Origin: an uncultured Bacteroidales bacterium
GTDB taxonomy: Bacteria > Bacteroidota > Bacteroidia > Bacteroidales > UBA12077
Direction of reading: 5' to 3'
Assembly (NCBI GenBank): GCA_964450375.1
Contig: CAYVEW010000002.1
Location: 8,449 to 72,448 of the forward strand
Length of the DNA: 64,000 nt
Numbering within the stretch: the first letter of the stretch is position 1; the number at the start of each line of letters is the position of its first letter. A program made the translations under genes and the position numbers. Below, in pieces: positions 1 to 9,517 of this stretch. The notes under the pieces are model-generated. The model was not told the DNA's origin. It saw only the letters and a program-made list of their open reading frames with translations, and made no database searches.

Positions 1-810
1 TTTATAAACCCTTTTCATTGAAGATAATACATCTTCTTTAATTGATCTTTTCTTACCTAAATAAGTACCAATAACCTTATATGCTCCTGTTCTAAAGAAA
101 TATTGTGGAATTTCAGGATTTTGTTCGATACTGTCAGCATAATATTTTTCCTTTTCAATTAAATTAGAATAATCAATTAATTGATAGTTTTCATCCCATG
201 ACTTCCAAGGATCATAATTACTTGTCTCAATATATAGATAGCCTTTAGCCCCTGCTTGAACATCATTTATTTTTTCAAAATATACCTTTATTGATTCAGT
301 ATCAAGTTCCTTTAATTTATCATCTAAAAAGAAATTTTCCTTTAAATATTCATTATCTAACAATACACTGTATTCTCTATAATTGAATTCACTACTATTA
401 ATAATTTCATCCAACTCGTCTGACATCAATATACTATTCAAAGACTTATACCATCTCTTAGCCATAAAGTCATATGATTTAATAATAACAACACCATATT
501 TTCCTATTTCCTTTAAAGAATCAGGAAAATTATTTTTGTCAGGTTTTAGTACTTCCAATTCTGCAATATTACTTGGATCAATGTCTTTTAAATCTCCGTT
601 AGGTATAATTTTACCATCATATATCATTAACGGACCATCAATTTTAGAAGTATCACTTTTACTACATAGTCTAATAGAATCACTTGGAGTTTTTGATGAA
701 TCTTTAATAAATACTGATTCTGACTTTTTTGCATCCTGAATCTTCTGATTCGATTGACTCCAAACCAAAGTAGATAATAAACAGAATAGTATAATAGTTA
801 GCCTTTTCAT
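1..810 (-). CDS. secreted hypothetical protein; N-terminus complete, 3' end runs off the window
   Basis: I translated the minus strand by hand. The frame is open from ATG (808-810) to nt 1 with no stop: MKRLTIILFCLLSTLVWSQSNQKIQDAKK...LGKKRSIKEDVLSSMKRVYK. It is absent from the ORF track because there is no stop in the window. The N-terminus looks like a signal peptide. The segment LMIYDGKIIPNGDLKDIDPSNIAELEVLKP...YGVVIIKS resembles the short plug/TonB-C-like beta module of Bacteroidota envelope proteins. Confidence 0.55.
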   Translation of the reverse strand, partial: MKRLTIILFCLLSTLVWSQSNQKIQDAKKSESVFIKDSSKTPSDSIRLCSKSDTSKIDGPLMIYDGKIIPNGDLKDIDPSNIAELEVLKPDKNNFPDSLKEIGKYGVVIIKSYDFMAKRWYKSLNSILMSDELDEIINSSEFNYREYSVLLDNEYLKENFFLDDKLKELDTESIKVYFEKINDVQAGAKGYLYIETSNYDPWKSWDENYQLIDYSNLIEKEKYYADSIEQNPEIPQYFFRTGAYKVIGTYLGKKRSIKEDVLSSMKRVYK

Positions 811-827
811 AAGATTAGTATTAGTCC

Positions 828-2006
828 TTATAATTCCTTCAGATAAGATTCTATCGCATTGAAAACACCATGATCTGGCTCGAAAATATTAGAAAAGATC
901 TCTTTTGATTTTTCAAAATTTACTTTTGAATCTTCAAAATTCTCACTATCGTATTGTATTACAGCAATGTAGAAAAATAGGTTTGCGTATATCATATTCT
1001 CTGATTGATACTCTGTTTTTAATGATTCCAGTAATTCAATAAGCTCATTTTGCTTCTCATTCTTCCAATATATTTCCATCAAATTCTGATAAATGGTAGG
1101 ATTTTCAGGTGCTAACAAAAAGAAATCTTTTGTTCTTTCCTTATACTTTTCATTGTTTAAGAGTACTTCAACTGATAATAATGGTTTTAATGTGTAGTAA
1201 TTGTTAGGATCAATATCGTTGCAAATTCGATAGAATTCTAATGCATTCTCGTATTGCTCTAGCTCATAATAACTAACGGCTACAATCCTGGCTGCATCAG
1301 CTTTGTACATTGGATCTTCATATAATTCATATGCTTTTTTTGAATTCTTTATTGCATTTTCTCGATCATTTAGATACAGATAAGAATAAGACAAATTGTA
1401 ATAACTTGTTGCATAGTCTGACTTTAGATTGATCGACTCTTCAAAAAATTTGATTGATTCACTATACTTTTCTAACATAACCAAACTATATCCAATTCCA
1501 TAAAGTGACCAGTAATCATAAATTCCATTTTCATAAGCCAATTTGTAATGATTTAATATGGAATTAATTAAGACTGAATCAGGCTGCAACCAATTTCCAC
1601 CATATTTCAAGTGAACTTCATGATAAAAATAACCAAGATGTTTGTGCAGTTTATAATTGTTTGGATTCTTTTCAATTAAACCAAGAAGTATAGAATCTGC
1701 TGGAAACATAAACATTGCATATTGACCTTCTTTGCCACGAACATCGTATATGTCTTGATCTTCTTCTAAGTCAGTAATTGCAAACAATTGATGCATCATG
1801 CTTGTTGCAAAATACTTTAAAAACAGATCTACTTTTTCGATAACAATATCTGGATTCACATTGTTAGGATCTGCCTTGTCTAAAACCTTATAAGCTGATT
1901 CGTATTTCTTATTTTCAATAAGATTATGAGCTTCTATTATTGATTCGTTTTGTGCAAATGATGTATAACAAATCAGAATAAAGAATAATGTAATTAATTG
2001 TTTCAT
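828..2006 (-). CDS. tetratricopeptide (TPR) repeat protein, secreted
   Basis: 392 aa with an N-terminal signal-like segment (FFILICYTSFAQ). It has repeated 34-aa-type A/Y/L patterns (e.g. AIKNSKKAYELYEDPMYKADAARIVAVSYYELEQYENALEFYRICNDIDPNNYY). Confidence 0.7.
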   Translation of the reverse strand: MKQLITLFFILICYTSFAQNESIIEAHNLIENKKYESAYKVLDKADPNNVNPDIVIEKVDLFLKYFATSMMHQLFAITDLEEDQDIYDVRGKEGQYAMFMFPADSILLGLIEKNPNNYKLHKHLGYFYHEVHLKYGGNWLQPDSVLINSILNHYKLAYENGIYDYWSLYGIGYSLVMLEKYSESIKFFEESINLKSDYATSYYNLSYSYLYLNDRENAIKNSKKAYELYEDPMYKADAARIVAVSYYELEQYENALEFYRICNDIDPNNYYTLKPLLSVEVLLNNEKYKERTKDFFLLAPENPTIYQNLMEIYWKNEKQNELIELLESLKTEYQSENMIYANLFFYIAVIQYDSENFEDSKVNFEKSKEIFSNIFEPDHGVFNAIESYLKEL

Positions 2007-2055
2007 TAGAGTATTATTTTAAATTTTAAATTCTTTTAATTTGCTTTATTTGAAG

Positions 2056-2664
2056 CTATTTTTTATAAATTTCTTTTAATTCACTGTCTATATCAGTGCT
2101 ACTCCATAAAACGGGATTATCTTTCCCATTAAATAGAATCAATCCCCAGGCATCTTCCATCTTAGTTAAGTCAAGTATGAAGCTTGTATTATCAGATTTT
2201 ATAAACTTAACGTATTGCTTTTCTCTTGGAGCAAAAAAACTTTGAATATTATGATTATCAAGTGTTTCTCTAGCTATATATTCATAATATTGATTGTCAC
2301 TTACTACTTCATTCCAGTCGTCACCCATTTCATCTTGTTGCTTATTAATCCACGTAGTATCAGGAATAACTGCAACAGCACATACCGTATCAAAAATACT
2401 GATTTGATTTAATTCGGTTACTTCAGTAAATACTTGAGCAAACTCAAGCTTAATATGACTATGAAATTTTCCATCTGCTAATCGACGATCTTGAACCGAA
2501 AGAGTGTCATCTTCAATTTGTTCAGTTTCTGGTGGAGTATTTGGCTTCTCAATTTCTTTAACTTCTTCAGATTTAGCTTTAGTTAAATCACTTTCTTTTT
2601 TTTCAGTTTTAGAGTTACAACTGATCAATACTAGTAAAGCCAGAATAATGCTTAGGTTTCTCAT
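2056..2664 (-). CDS. hypothetical lipoprotein
   Basis: 202 aa with a lipobox-like LVLISC near the N-terminus, followed by a K/E-rich linker. No recognised domain. Confidence 0.6.
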   Translation of the reverse strand: MRNLSIILALLVLISCNSKTEKKESDLTKAKSEEVKEIEKPNTPPETEQIEDDTLSVQDRRLADGKFHSHIKLEFAQVFTEVTELNQISIFDTVCAVAVIPDTTWINKQQDEMGDDWNEVVSDNQYYEYIARETLDNHNIQSFFAPREKQYVKFIKSDNTSFILDLTKMEDAWGLILFNGKDNPVLWSSTDIDSELKEIYKK

Positions 2665-3132
2665 ATCATTTTTATTAAATGTTAGGTATATACAAAAATA
2701 GAATTATTTTTTACTTCTGATCAATGAAGGTAGTTTTAAATAACTAGTAGATAATACAGATTTTAAGTAGTAGATAAATTTAGGTTTTAAAATAATAAAA
2801 AGAAGTAGATATATTTTTAAGTTATGTATTCATAGAATTGTAAAACAGTATTTTAATAATGATATTAAATTGGACAATTCTACTTGTGCAACTATATGTC
2901 TTCAAAATCAAATTGGACAATTTAAAGTTTCTATTTTTCCTTTTTACAATAATTGGTTTAGTTAAGTTGAACTCTTAATTGAGTTAAGTTAAAATAGTCA
3001 TTGCTAAAATATTATACTTTATAATCATTCAATATTTATGCTGTATAATGAATAAGATTTCAAATATTCAATTCTCATCGAGTTAAAAATTGCCCACAAG
3101 TATTAATAGAATTCAATAAAAGATCAAAATCA

Positions 3133-5811
3133 TCAATCAATGATATCCGATATCACCATTTCTTTTTTGGTGTGATCATCATCGTAATCAAAAATAATTT
3201 GACCTTTGCTATTTAAATCAATATGATTCAAATCATACCAAACAATAGCTTTGCCGACTTCAACTCCATTTAAGAAAGCAACCTTATATGAATTCTCAGA
3301 AGTTTTTACTATTTGCATATTACTGTTATTTCTGATTTTCATAGCAGATAACGATATATCCTTACCGCTTTCTGTTTGTATTTTTACGATACCGCCTTTA
3401 TTTATCACAAATTGCATACTTGAAAGGCTTTTGTATATGCTTGGGTTGTTTTTCTGAAATTGCGGATTGTGTTTATTTAAAAGATTTCTGACCACTTCTC
3501 CTGAAATGCTTCCACCGTTTTGCGAAAGTAGTTTTAATGATGCAAATATACCTGTAGTTTTCGGCTCAAAGGCAAGCTTTTTATACTCGTCTATATAAGC
3601 ATCAATCTGATTTTCAGCACTAAAAGATGCACTAGCTACTTGTTTTGGAACTTCTCTAGTTAGCCCTTCAATTTCTCCAATTACTCCTCGTACAACAATA
3701 TCATTATATGGATCAACTATGATTTCAGAATCAAAGTGTATTTCATCTAATGGAAATGAAACCAAATCGACTTTTGTACCATCAGGTTTATATTTTACAT
3801 AAAAAGCAATTTTATCATTTTCTTCCGTTTGTAAGCTAATATTTTCGTGAAAAACTACATCTGCATTAGCTGATATACCAAGAATCAGTTGAGATGTAAC
3901 ATCACTAGTGAACAATTTACGATGATTTGCATTAATTGTACCATTGTAATTTATATGCGCATATACTTCTCCTTTCCTACCAACTGCTATGGCTTGTGTA
4001 TAGCTATTTCCAGAACATTCAACTGGAAAAAACCATTTTAGTTTACCCACTTTGCTAAATGTGGCAAACCATAAATCGCGTGTTCCATTAAATGGAGTAT
4101 AAAATCTTCCATTGATATAAATATCATCATTAAACCAACCTGAAACTATAAAGTTTCCATTTTCAGAAATGGCTCGATTATTTATAAAGATTTTACCATT
4201 ATTATTTTTTTCAATTGTTTGAGTAATATGCTGCCACATATTATTCAGCTTACTGTTGTTATTTATTTTAGTGATATGTGGAAAATATTCTTTATATTTT
4301 GGCATGATTGAACCTATGGGTGCATCTATATACGTTGGATCACAAATGGTATAAGCTTTCCCATCGACCATAAACTGATGTCCTTCAATAGCTTCACTAA
4401 AGGCAATTGCAGCAGTCATGTGATCACGATAAGATACAGCCACAGCATCTAGTCCGAGTAAGCTGGTTACCAGCTTAGTAAATAGAACGGTATTATCTTC
4501 ACAATCTGAATATGGATAATAGAATATTTCATCCGGGAAAAAGGTTTTTTCTTTGCCAAACTGATCATTATCTGTTTTATATTCGAAAGAATGATGCAAA
4601 TAGTTCAATAAATAACTCACCGCATCGGCTTCAGACTTCCCTTCTATTTGAGCTTGTATAGCTTCTAAAAGTGTTTCTTTTATACTGTTTGACATTGCAG
4701 CATTCAGGTAGACTGAATTTTCAGTTTGTGGATAACTTGCCAAAAATCCAATGGTGGTTTTGTCTATTTTTAGTTTTATAGGTTCAGTTTTTTCAGGTAA
4801 ATGTGTACTTTTTACAATATAGTTATCTTCTCCGCTAAAATTCAGGCTATTTGGTAAATACAAATCTATTGTTTTTGTAGCCAATCCAAAATCTTCAGAA
4901 TAAGTTAGTAATTTATTACTATTAATATCATCCAGGATATAGTATTTAGTGCCTTTAATAATAAAATAAGGCTTTTCATAAACTTCTTGGATAATTGGTA
5001 ATAATAATGCCGTTTGGTTTTGATTATAAGCAATTTTCACTCTGTAGCCGGCTTGGTTTAACATTGCCCACATCCACATATTTTGATTGTTAACCGAGCT
5101 AAAGAGCTTTTTAGCAGTAATCTCCATCAACTTGTAAACTCCCCAATCGTTCAAATTAGTTTGGTTAGCATAATTTGTTACTGATACGATATAGGTTTGG
5201 TAATAGGTTTGAGTAAAGTCCTTCCAGTATTTTGCAAATGCTTCAGGATCGACTGCATTAAGTTGCAGGTTTTTCATTCGAGAGTCGATACTAAGATCTA
5301 CTTTACCAGAAAAAAAGTCGATACTTAAATCCTGTGCATAGCTATTTGCATCTTTTGGTTCATTGGTAATAGGTGCTAATGAGTTTGAAGCTGCATCTAT
5401 AAGTTCTATTTCCATTTCTTCTGCTGGAATCTCTGTAATTATAGGTTCTGCCTTTTCTTCTTTTGGAGTTTCGGCAGTTACAGGTTCTGATTTTTCTTCC
5501 TTTGGTTCAAATTTGGGTTGCTCAACAGGTTTAGGTTCTGTATTAGGTTTTTCTTCTGCCGTAGATTTATCATATTCTTTAAAGTCGGATTTAAGATACC
5601 TTTGAAACTCTGCGTTCATTCTGCTTATAACAGCATCGTATTCCTTTTGCATTTGTTCTCTGGTCTGCAGATAACGATCATCCATTTCTCGCATGGTGTT
5701 CTCGTACCTTTTATTCATCTGATAAAACAGATCTGTTGTATCTTGCTGTGCTTTGCCCGGAAAGTATAATAAAAGCACTGCTACGGTAATTAAATAAATT
5801 TTTTTATTCAT
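3133..5811 (-). CDS. large secreted protein with a transglutaminase-like cysteine peptidase core
   Basis: 892 aa with a signal peptide, a coiled-coil stretch and a P/E/K-rich low-complexity linker. The Cys-His-Asp core pattern is YSDCEDNTVLFTKLV ... SYRDHMTAAIAF ... YTICDPTYIDAP (the DPT hallmark of the transglutaminase-like superfamily). The C-terminal ~350 aa is beta-rich and unassigned. Confidence 0.6.
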   Translation of the reverse strand: MNKKIYLITVAVLLLYFPGKAQQDTTDLFYQMNKRYENTMREMDDRYLQTREQMQKEYDAVISRMNAEFQRYLKSDFKEYDKSTAEEKPNTEPKPVEQPKFEPKEEKSEPVTAETPKEEKAEPIITEIPAEEMEIELIDAASNSLAPITNEPKDANSYAQDLSIDFFSGKVDLSIDSRMKNLQLNAVDPEAFAKYWKDFTQTYYQTYIVSVTNYANQTNLNDWGVYKLMEITAKKLFSSVNNQNMWMWAMLNQAGYRVKIAYNQNQTALLLPIIQEVYEKPYFIIKGTKYYILDDINSNKLLTYSEDFGLATKTIDLYLPNSLNFSGEDNYIVKSTHLPEKTEPIKLKIDKTTIGFLASYPQTENSVYLNAAMSNSIKETLLEAIQAQIEGKSEADAVSYLLNYLHHSFEYKTDNDQFGKEKTFFPDEIFYYPYSDCEDNTVLFTKLVTSLLGLDAVAVSYRDHMTAAIAFSEAIEGHQFMVDGKAYTICDPTYIDAPIGSIMPKYKEYFPHITKINNNSKLNNMWQHITQTIEKNNNGKIFINNRAISENGNFIVSGWFNDDIYINGRFYTPFNGTRDLWFATFSKVGKLKWFFPVECSGNSYTQAIAVGRKGEVYAHINYNGTINANHRKLFTSDVTSQLILGISANADVVFHENISLQTEENDKIAFYVKYKPDGTKVDLVSFPLDEIHFDSEIIVDPYNDIVVRGVIGEIEGLTREVPKQVASASFSAENQIDAYIDEYKKLAFEPKTTGIFASLKLLSQNGGSISGEVVRNLLNKHNPQFQKNNPSIYKSLSSMQFVINKGGIVKIQTESGKDISLSAMKIRNNSNMQIVKTSENSYKVAFLNGVEVGKAIVWYDLNHIDLNSKGQIIFDYDDDHTKKEMVISDIID

Positions 5812-6007
5812 ATCTAATTGTATTAAAATCTTAGTAATAAACTGAATACCTGTTTGTTCAATATAGTCATAATGATGAAAATAATAAAAACCTAATTATA
5901 AATGTATAATTTCATATTGATTTCTTGATTTATTTCATCATTAAAACAATTATTGTTCCAATTTGGTTTTGGTATTTTAATTAGTATTACATCATACAAA
6001 ATTTTTA

Positions 6008-8362
6008 TCATTTACTAACAAACCTGATCTGCCTTTTTATGCTGTTACCATCTTCATCAACAACCGTTAAAATATGAGTACCTTCGTTGGCATAAAACTG
6101 CATTTGGTGAAATTCTTTTGTAGTTCCCAAATATTGATCATCTAAATGCCAAAAAAGCATTTTGTTTGGGTATCTGTGTGCCACTTCAAACACAACCATT
6201 TGTAGTTTTCCATCCAAATCTCTTGGAATATAAATATTTGAAGCATTCAGTGGATAAATAAATTCCATTATACTAATTTCATTTTTCTCGTCGCAACCGG
6301 CTTTATATGGCGGTAATGTTTTATATAATGGATTTTTTCTTTTATAATACCATTCCCATGCAGGCGGCAATATAAACCACGATTCGTGCATTATATTCGC
6401 AGGCTTTTCGCATTTGCTGCTTACCCGGTACCTTCGATCTTTACTTAAATGAATTAAGTGATGAAACGGGCATGCTTGTGTTTTTAAACCCGCTTCCGGA
6501 ATGTAAACAGAGTCAATATTTTCACACAAATGAGAAGCTCTGAATCCACTTTCTTTGCACACGGGAACTTTTATTAAATCGTCGTATGGTTTATCATACC
6601 AGTCAGAATATGGCAATAAATCAAATAGATCGAACATAACCGGAGCAGCAGCTACTGTTCCAATTAGCCCCGGACGCCCTTCCCCATCGGCATTTCCGAC
6701 CCACACTCCTACCAAATATTCCTTATTAATGCCAATAGCCCATGCATCTCTGTATCCAAAACTTGTTCCTGTTTTCCAGGCGATTTTATGAGATGAAGAA
6801 AACGATTCCCATCCCAACTCATTGTTTGGGCGATTTACTTTTAATAATGCTTCTAAAGTTAACCAAATGGAACCTGCACTTATTATTTGCTTGTTTTCGG
6901 TAAGATCTTTGGGATAGGATCTTTGCAAATTATCCTTTAATAAGATTGGATCATGAAAGTCATTCTGATTGTATGTAGAACTATTCAAATTGAAGTGATT
7001 TAAAATTCGTCCAAAACTGGCGTAAGATCCAGCCAAATCCCATAACGAAACTTCGGCACCTCCTAAAATTAATGAAAGACCGTAATATTCGCTCGATTCG
7101 GTGATATATTGAAAGTTCATTTTCTTTAAGTAATCCAAAAAACGCCCAACACCAAATTCGTGTAGCATATGCACTGCCGGAACATTTAGTGAGCGTGCTA
7201 AAGCTTTCGATGCAGGTACAGCTCCATCGTAATCCAGGTTATAATTTTTAGGCGAATATCCTTTCATTTGGGTTGGTATATCGGGCACAAGTGATTCCGG
7301 GAGAATCTCACCATTATCGAGCATATAAGCGTATAAGAATGGCTTTAAAATACTACCTGAACTGCGCGGTGCAGTAATTATATCTACAGAATTACCATGA
7401 TTTTCAACGTTTTCGATATTTGTATTTCCTACATAGGCCAACACTTCTCCAGTTTCAATTTTTATTACAATGGCTGACAGATTATGAATTTCATTCTTTG
7501 ATAATATTTTATAATGCCTTTCTACGGTTCGATTTACCTTCTTTTGTAATTGATAATCAATACAAGAGTGTATTTTTTCTTCACGATTACTTAAAGCCAA
7601 CCTGTCCAGTAAATGTGGTGCAATTCGGGGTATATTATGTGGCCTTTGGGGTAAATTCTCCATTAAAGCTAATTCATACTCGGTGGAATCTATTATATTA
7701 TTAATAAGCAATTTATGTAAAATAAAATTTCTTTTTCTTAACAGATCGGGCATGTTTTTTCCCGGTCGAATCAGCGATGGTGCATTGGGTAATATGGCTA
7801 ATGTGGCCGATTCTGCCCACGAAAGCTGATCCGGATTTCGGCCATAATATCGCCATGCCGCTGCTTCCAATCCAACAATATTACCACCAAATGGTGCATT
7901 TGAAGCATATTTTTTTAAAATTTCTTCTTTTGAATATTTTAACTCCAGTTTTAAAGCTTTAACAGTTTCCTTACTTTTTTGCCATATTGTTCGATTGGGA
8001 TTATCGTAGATAATTCGTATTAATTGCATTGTAATTGTGCTTCCGCCACTAACAATCTTACCTGCCTTTACGTTTTGTTTTAGTGCTCTGAGCAACGATA
8101 ATGGATTAACTCCCGGGTGTTTATAAAAGTACTGATCTTCAAAATAGATTATGGATTGTTTAAATTTATGAGGAACAGAGTCGAGTTCAGGGAATCGCCA
8201 TTGCTCGTCGGATGCAATCTTTGCGCCTAATAAACTCCCATTATTCGAGTAAAGAACCGTTGAATAAGGCCTTTGTGGATTTTTTATTGGCATTAAAATA
8301 AATAATAGTATGCACAGTAAAAGAGAAAATAATATGATTTTGTATTTTTTATGCATAATCAA
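6008..8362 (-). CDS. pbpC: penicillin-binding protein 1C (bifunctional glycosyltransferase/transpeptidase)
   Basis: 784 aa. GT51 motifs are EDQYFYKHPGVNP and GGSTITMQL. Transpeptidase motifs are SGSILKP (SxxK), SPKN (SxN) and KTGTS (KTG), followed by the long C-terminal extension typical of PBP1C. The track start is TTG at 8360-8362; the ATG at 8354-8356 (MHKKYKIILF) is an equally plausible start. Confidence 0.85.
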   Translation of the reverse strand: MIMHKKYKIILFSLLLCILLFILMPIKNPQRPYSTVLYSNNGSLLGAKIASDEQWRFPELDSVPHKFKQSIIYFEDQYFYKHPGVNPLSLLRALKQNVKAGKIVSGGSTITMQLIRIIYDNPNRTIWQKSKETVKALKLELKYSKEEILKKYASNAPFGGNIVGLEAAAWRYYGRNPDQLSWAESATLAILPNAPSLIRPGKNMPDLLRKRNFILHKLLINNIIDSTEYELALMENLPQRPHNIPRIAPHLLDRLALSNREEKIHSCIDYQLQKKVNRTVERHYKILSKNEIHNLSAIVIKIETGEVLAYVGNTNIENVENHGNSVDIITAPRSSGSILKPFLYAYMLDNGEILPESLVPDIPTQMKGYSPKNYNLDYDGAVPASKALARSLNVPAVHMLHEFGVGRFLDYLKKMNFQYITESSEYYGLSLILGGAEVSLWDLAGSYASFGRILNHFNLNSSTYNQNDFHDPILLKDNLQRSYPKDLTENKQIISAGSIWLTLEALLKVNRPNNELGWESFSSSHKIAWKTGTSFGYRDAWAIGINKEYLVGVWVGNADGEGRPGLIGTVAAAPVMFDLFDLLPYSDWYDKPYDDLIKVPVCKESGFRASHLCENIDSVYIPEAGLKTQACPFHHLIHLSKDRRYRVSSKCEKPANIMHESWFILPPAWEWYYKRKNPLYKTLPPYKAGCDEKNEISIMEFIYPLNASNIYIPRDLDGKLQMVVFEVAHRYPNKMLFWHLDDQYLGTTKEFHQMQFYANEGTHILTVVDEDGNSIKRQIRFVSK

Positions 8363-8974
8363 TTAGTAAATTAACTGTTTTAGGAAAGGAATTGGATTAA
8401 AATAATAATAATCCAAATCATCCATCGTATAACAAATTAAATTGAATGTATTGTAAATATACTGTGGCTGAGATTCTTTAGGAACTATTCTCATTGGCGG
8501 TACTTTTAAAATTTCAAAATGAAAATGATCAAATTGCCAACCATATTGATTTAATTCATCTGAATTCATAAATCGTGCTATCTGGGTTTTTTCTGTTACA
8601 AAGTCCCCTACTTCGACTTTTATGCCTGCAACATGCTCATATTCTGTCCAGAAAGTATTACCATTGTTATTGTGTTCAATAATTATTAAAGCATACGGAC
8701 CATCATCACGAACACTCAAAACAATACCCTGGCCGATTGAATAGATTGGTTCTTCCTTATAGTTTTGTTTAGGCCTTTTAATGTCTATTCCTGTATGATA
8801 ATGCTCAGGAATGCCGGGTCTTGCCTTGCGCATAATACCAAAATCGCCAATCGAAGTCAATTTGATTAAAGATAGGTCTCTTCGATCACCGCAATCAATT
8901 GGTAACAAATAGTCCTGAGAGTAAGAGCTCTTTACTATTATCAATATGAAAATTATATATTTAAACTTAATCAT
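8363..8974 (-). CDS. secreted M23 family metallopeptidase (LytM-type peptidoglycan endopeptidase fold)
   Basis: 203 aa with a signal peptide. M23 zinc motifs are HYHTGIDI (HxxxD) and DHFHFEI (HxH). The stop codon TAA (8363-8365) directly abuts the pbpC start. Confidence 0.8.
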   Translation of the reverse strand: MIKFKYIIFILIIVKSSYSQDYLLPIDCGDRRDLSLIKLTSIGDFGIMRKARPGIPEHYHTGIDIKRPKQNYKEEPIYSIGQGIVLSVRDDGPYALIIIEHNNNGNTFWTEYEHVAGIKVEVGDFVTEKTQIARFMNSDELNQYGWQFDHFHFEILKVPPMRIVPKESQPQYIYNTFNLICYTMDDLDYYYFNPIPFLKQLIY

Positions 8975-8983
8975 ATCACTTTA

Positions 8984-9060
8984 AAATAGATTCCTGATCT
9001 ACGTTTCACTCCGTCAGGAATGAAGAATGTAAATCATTCCTGCGAAAGCAGGAATCCATT
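8984..9060. repeat. 77-bp hairpin-rich repeat, copy 1, flanking the GIY-YIG gene
   Basis: Sequence: aaatagattcctgatctacgtttcactccgtcaggaatgaagaatgtaaatcattcctgcgaaagcaggaatccatt. It holds two internal hairpins (ttcctga...tcaggaa and attcctgc-gaaa-gcaggaat). It aligns with the copy at 9357-9433 with few substitutions. Confidence 0.85.
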
Positions 9061-9349
9061 ATTCCCATTCTTTTGATAAATCTTTCCATTCAGGGTTATC
9101 TTTTTCAATTAAAGCTATCTTCCAGGCTCGTTTCCACTTTTTTATCCTTCTTTCTCGCAAAAATGCTTCATTAGAAGTATCATATTTCTCAAAATACATC
9201 AATTTATCTAAATAATATCTCTTAGTAAAACCATTCACATCTTTCATTTTATGCTCTCTCATTCTCCTTTCAAGATCATCGGTAAAACCTGTATATAAGG
9301 TTCCATTTTTTTTATTCGATAATATGTATAAATAATATTGCTTTTTCAT
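9059..9349 (-). CDS. GIY-YIG nuclease family protein (UPF0213-like small stand-alone type)
   Basis: MKKQYYLYILSNKKNGTLYTGFTDDLERRMREHK carries the GIY/YIG pattern (YLYIL...LYTGFT) plus the conserved Arg/Glu region. The track ORF extends to 9382, but those extra 11 codons lie inside repeat copy 2. I therefore prefer the ATG at 9347-9349. Confidence 0.8.
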   Translation of the reverse strand: MKKQYYLYILSNKKNGTLYTGFTDDLERRMREHKMKDVNGFTKRYYLDKLMYFEKYDTSNEAFLRERRIKKWKRAWKIALIEKDNPEWKDLSKEWE

Positions 9350-9356
9350 TATAAAT

Positions 9357-9433
9357 AAATAGATTCCTGATCTGCGATTCACTTCGTCAGGAATGAAGAA
9401 TATGAATCATTCCTGCTTTCGCAGGAATCCATT
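9357..9433. repeat. 77-bp hairpin-rich repeat, copy 2, flanking the GIY-YIG gene
   Basis: Sequence: aaatagattcctgatctgcgattcacttcgtcaggaatgaagaatatgaatcattcctgctttcgcaggaatccatt. It is a direct repeat of 8984-9060. The second hairpin keeps its stem, but the loop is inverted (gaaa vs tttc). Confidence 0.85.
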
Positions 9434-9472
9434 TTATTTTCATTCCCAAATTACGTTCAAATGAAAAAAGAA

Positions 9473-9496
9473 GATGGCACAGGGAATTGTGCCATC
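9473..9496 (-). terminator. intrinsic terminator downstream of the alpha-2-macroglobulin gene
   Basis: Hairpin gatggcac-agggaatt-gtgccatc. On the minus strand it is followed by a T-rich run (plus strand 9461-9472, atgaaaaaagaa). It sits about 20 nt after the stop at 9518. Confidence 0.6.
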
Positions 9497-9517
9497 AAAT
9501 CTTATATTAAATTCTGT

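Noticed and set aside
383-739. 118-aa plus-strand ORF from the track
   Set aside because: It lies entirely antisense to a longer open minus-strand frame (1-810) that has a signal peptide and sensible composition. The plus-strand product is low-complexity S/L/I-rich mirror text.
2859-2972. 37-aa hydrophobic mini-ORF (MILNWTILLVQLYVFKIKLDNLKFLFFLFTIIGLVKLNS) in the long spacer
   Set aside because: There is no terminator or conservation evidence. The two copies of the 13-bp repeat fall in different frames, arguing that the repeat, not the ORF, is the feature.
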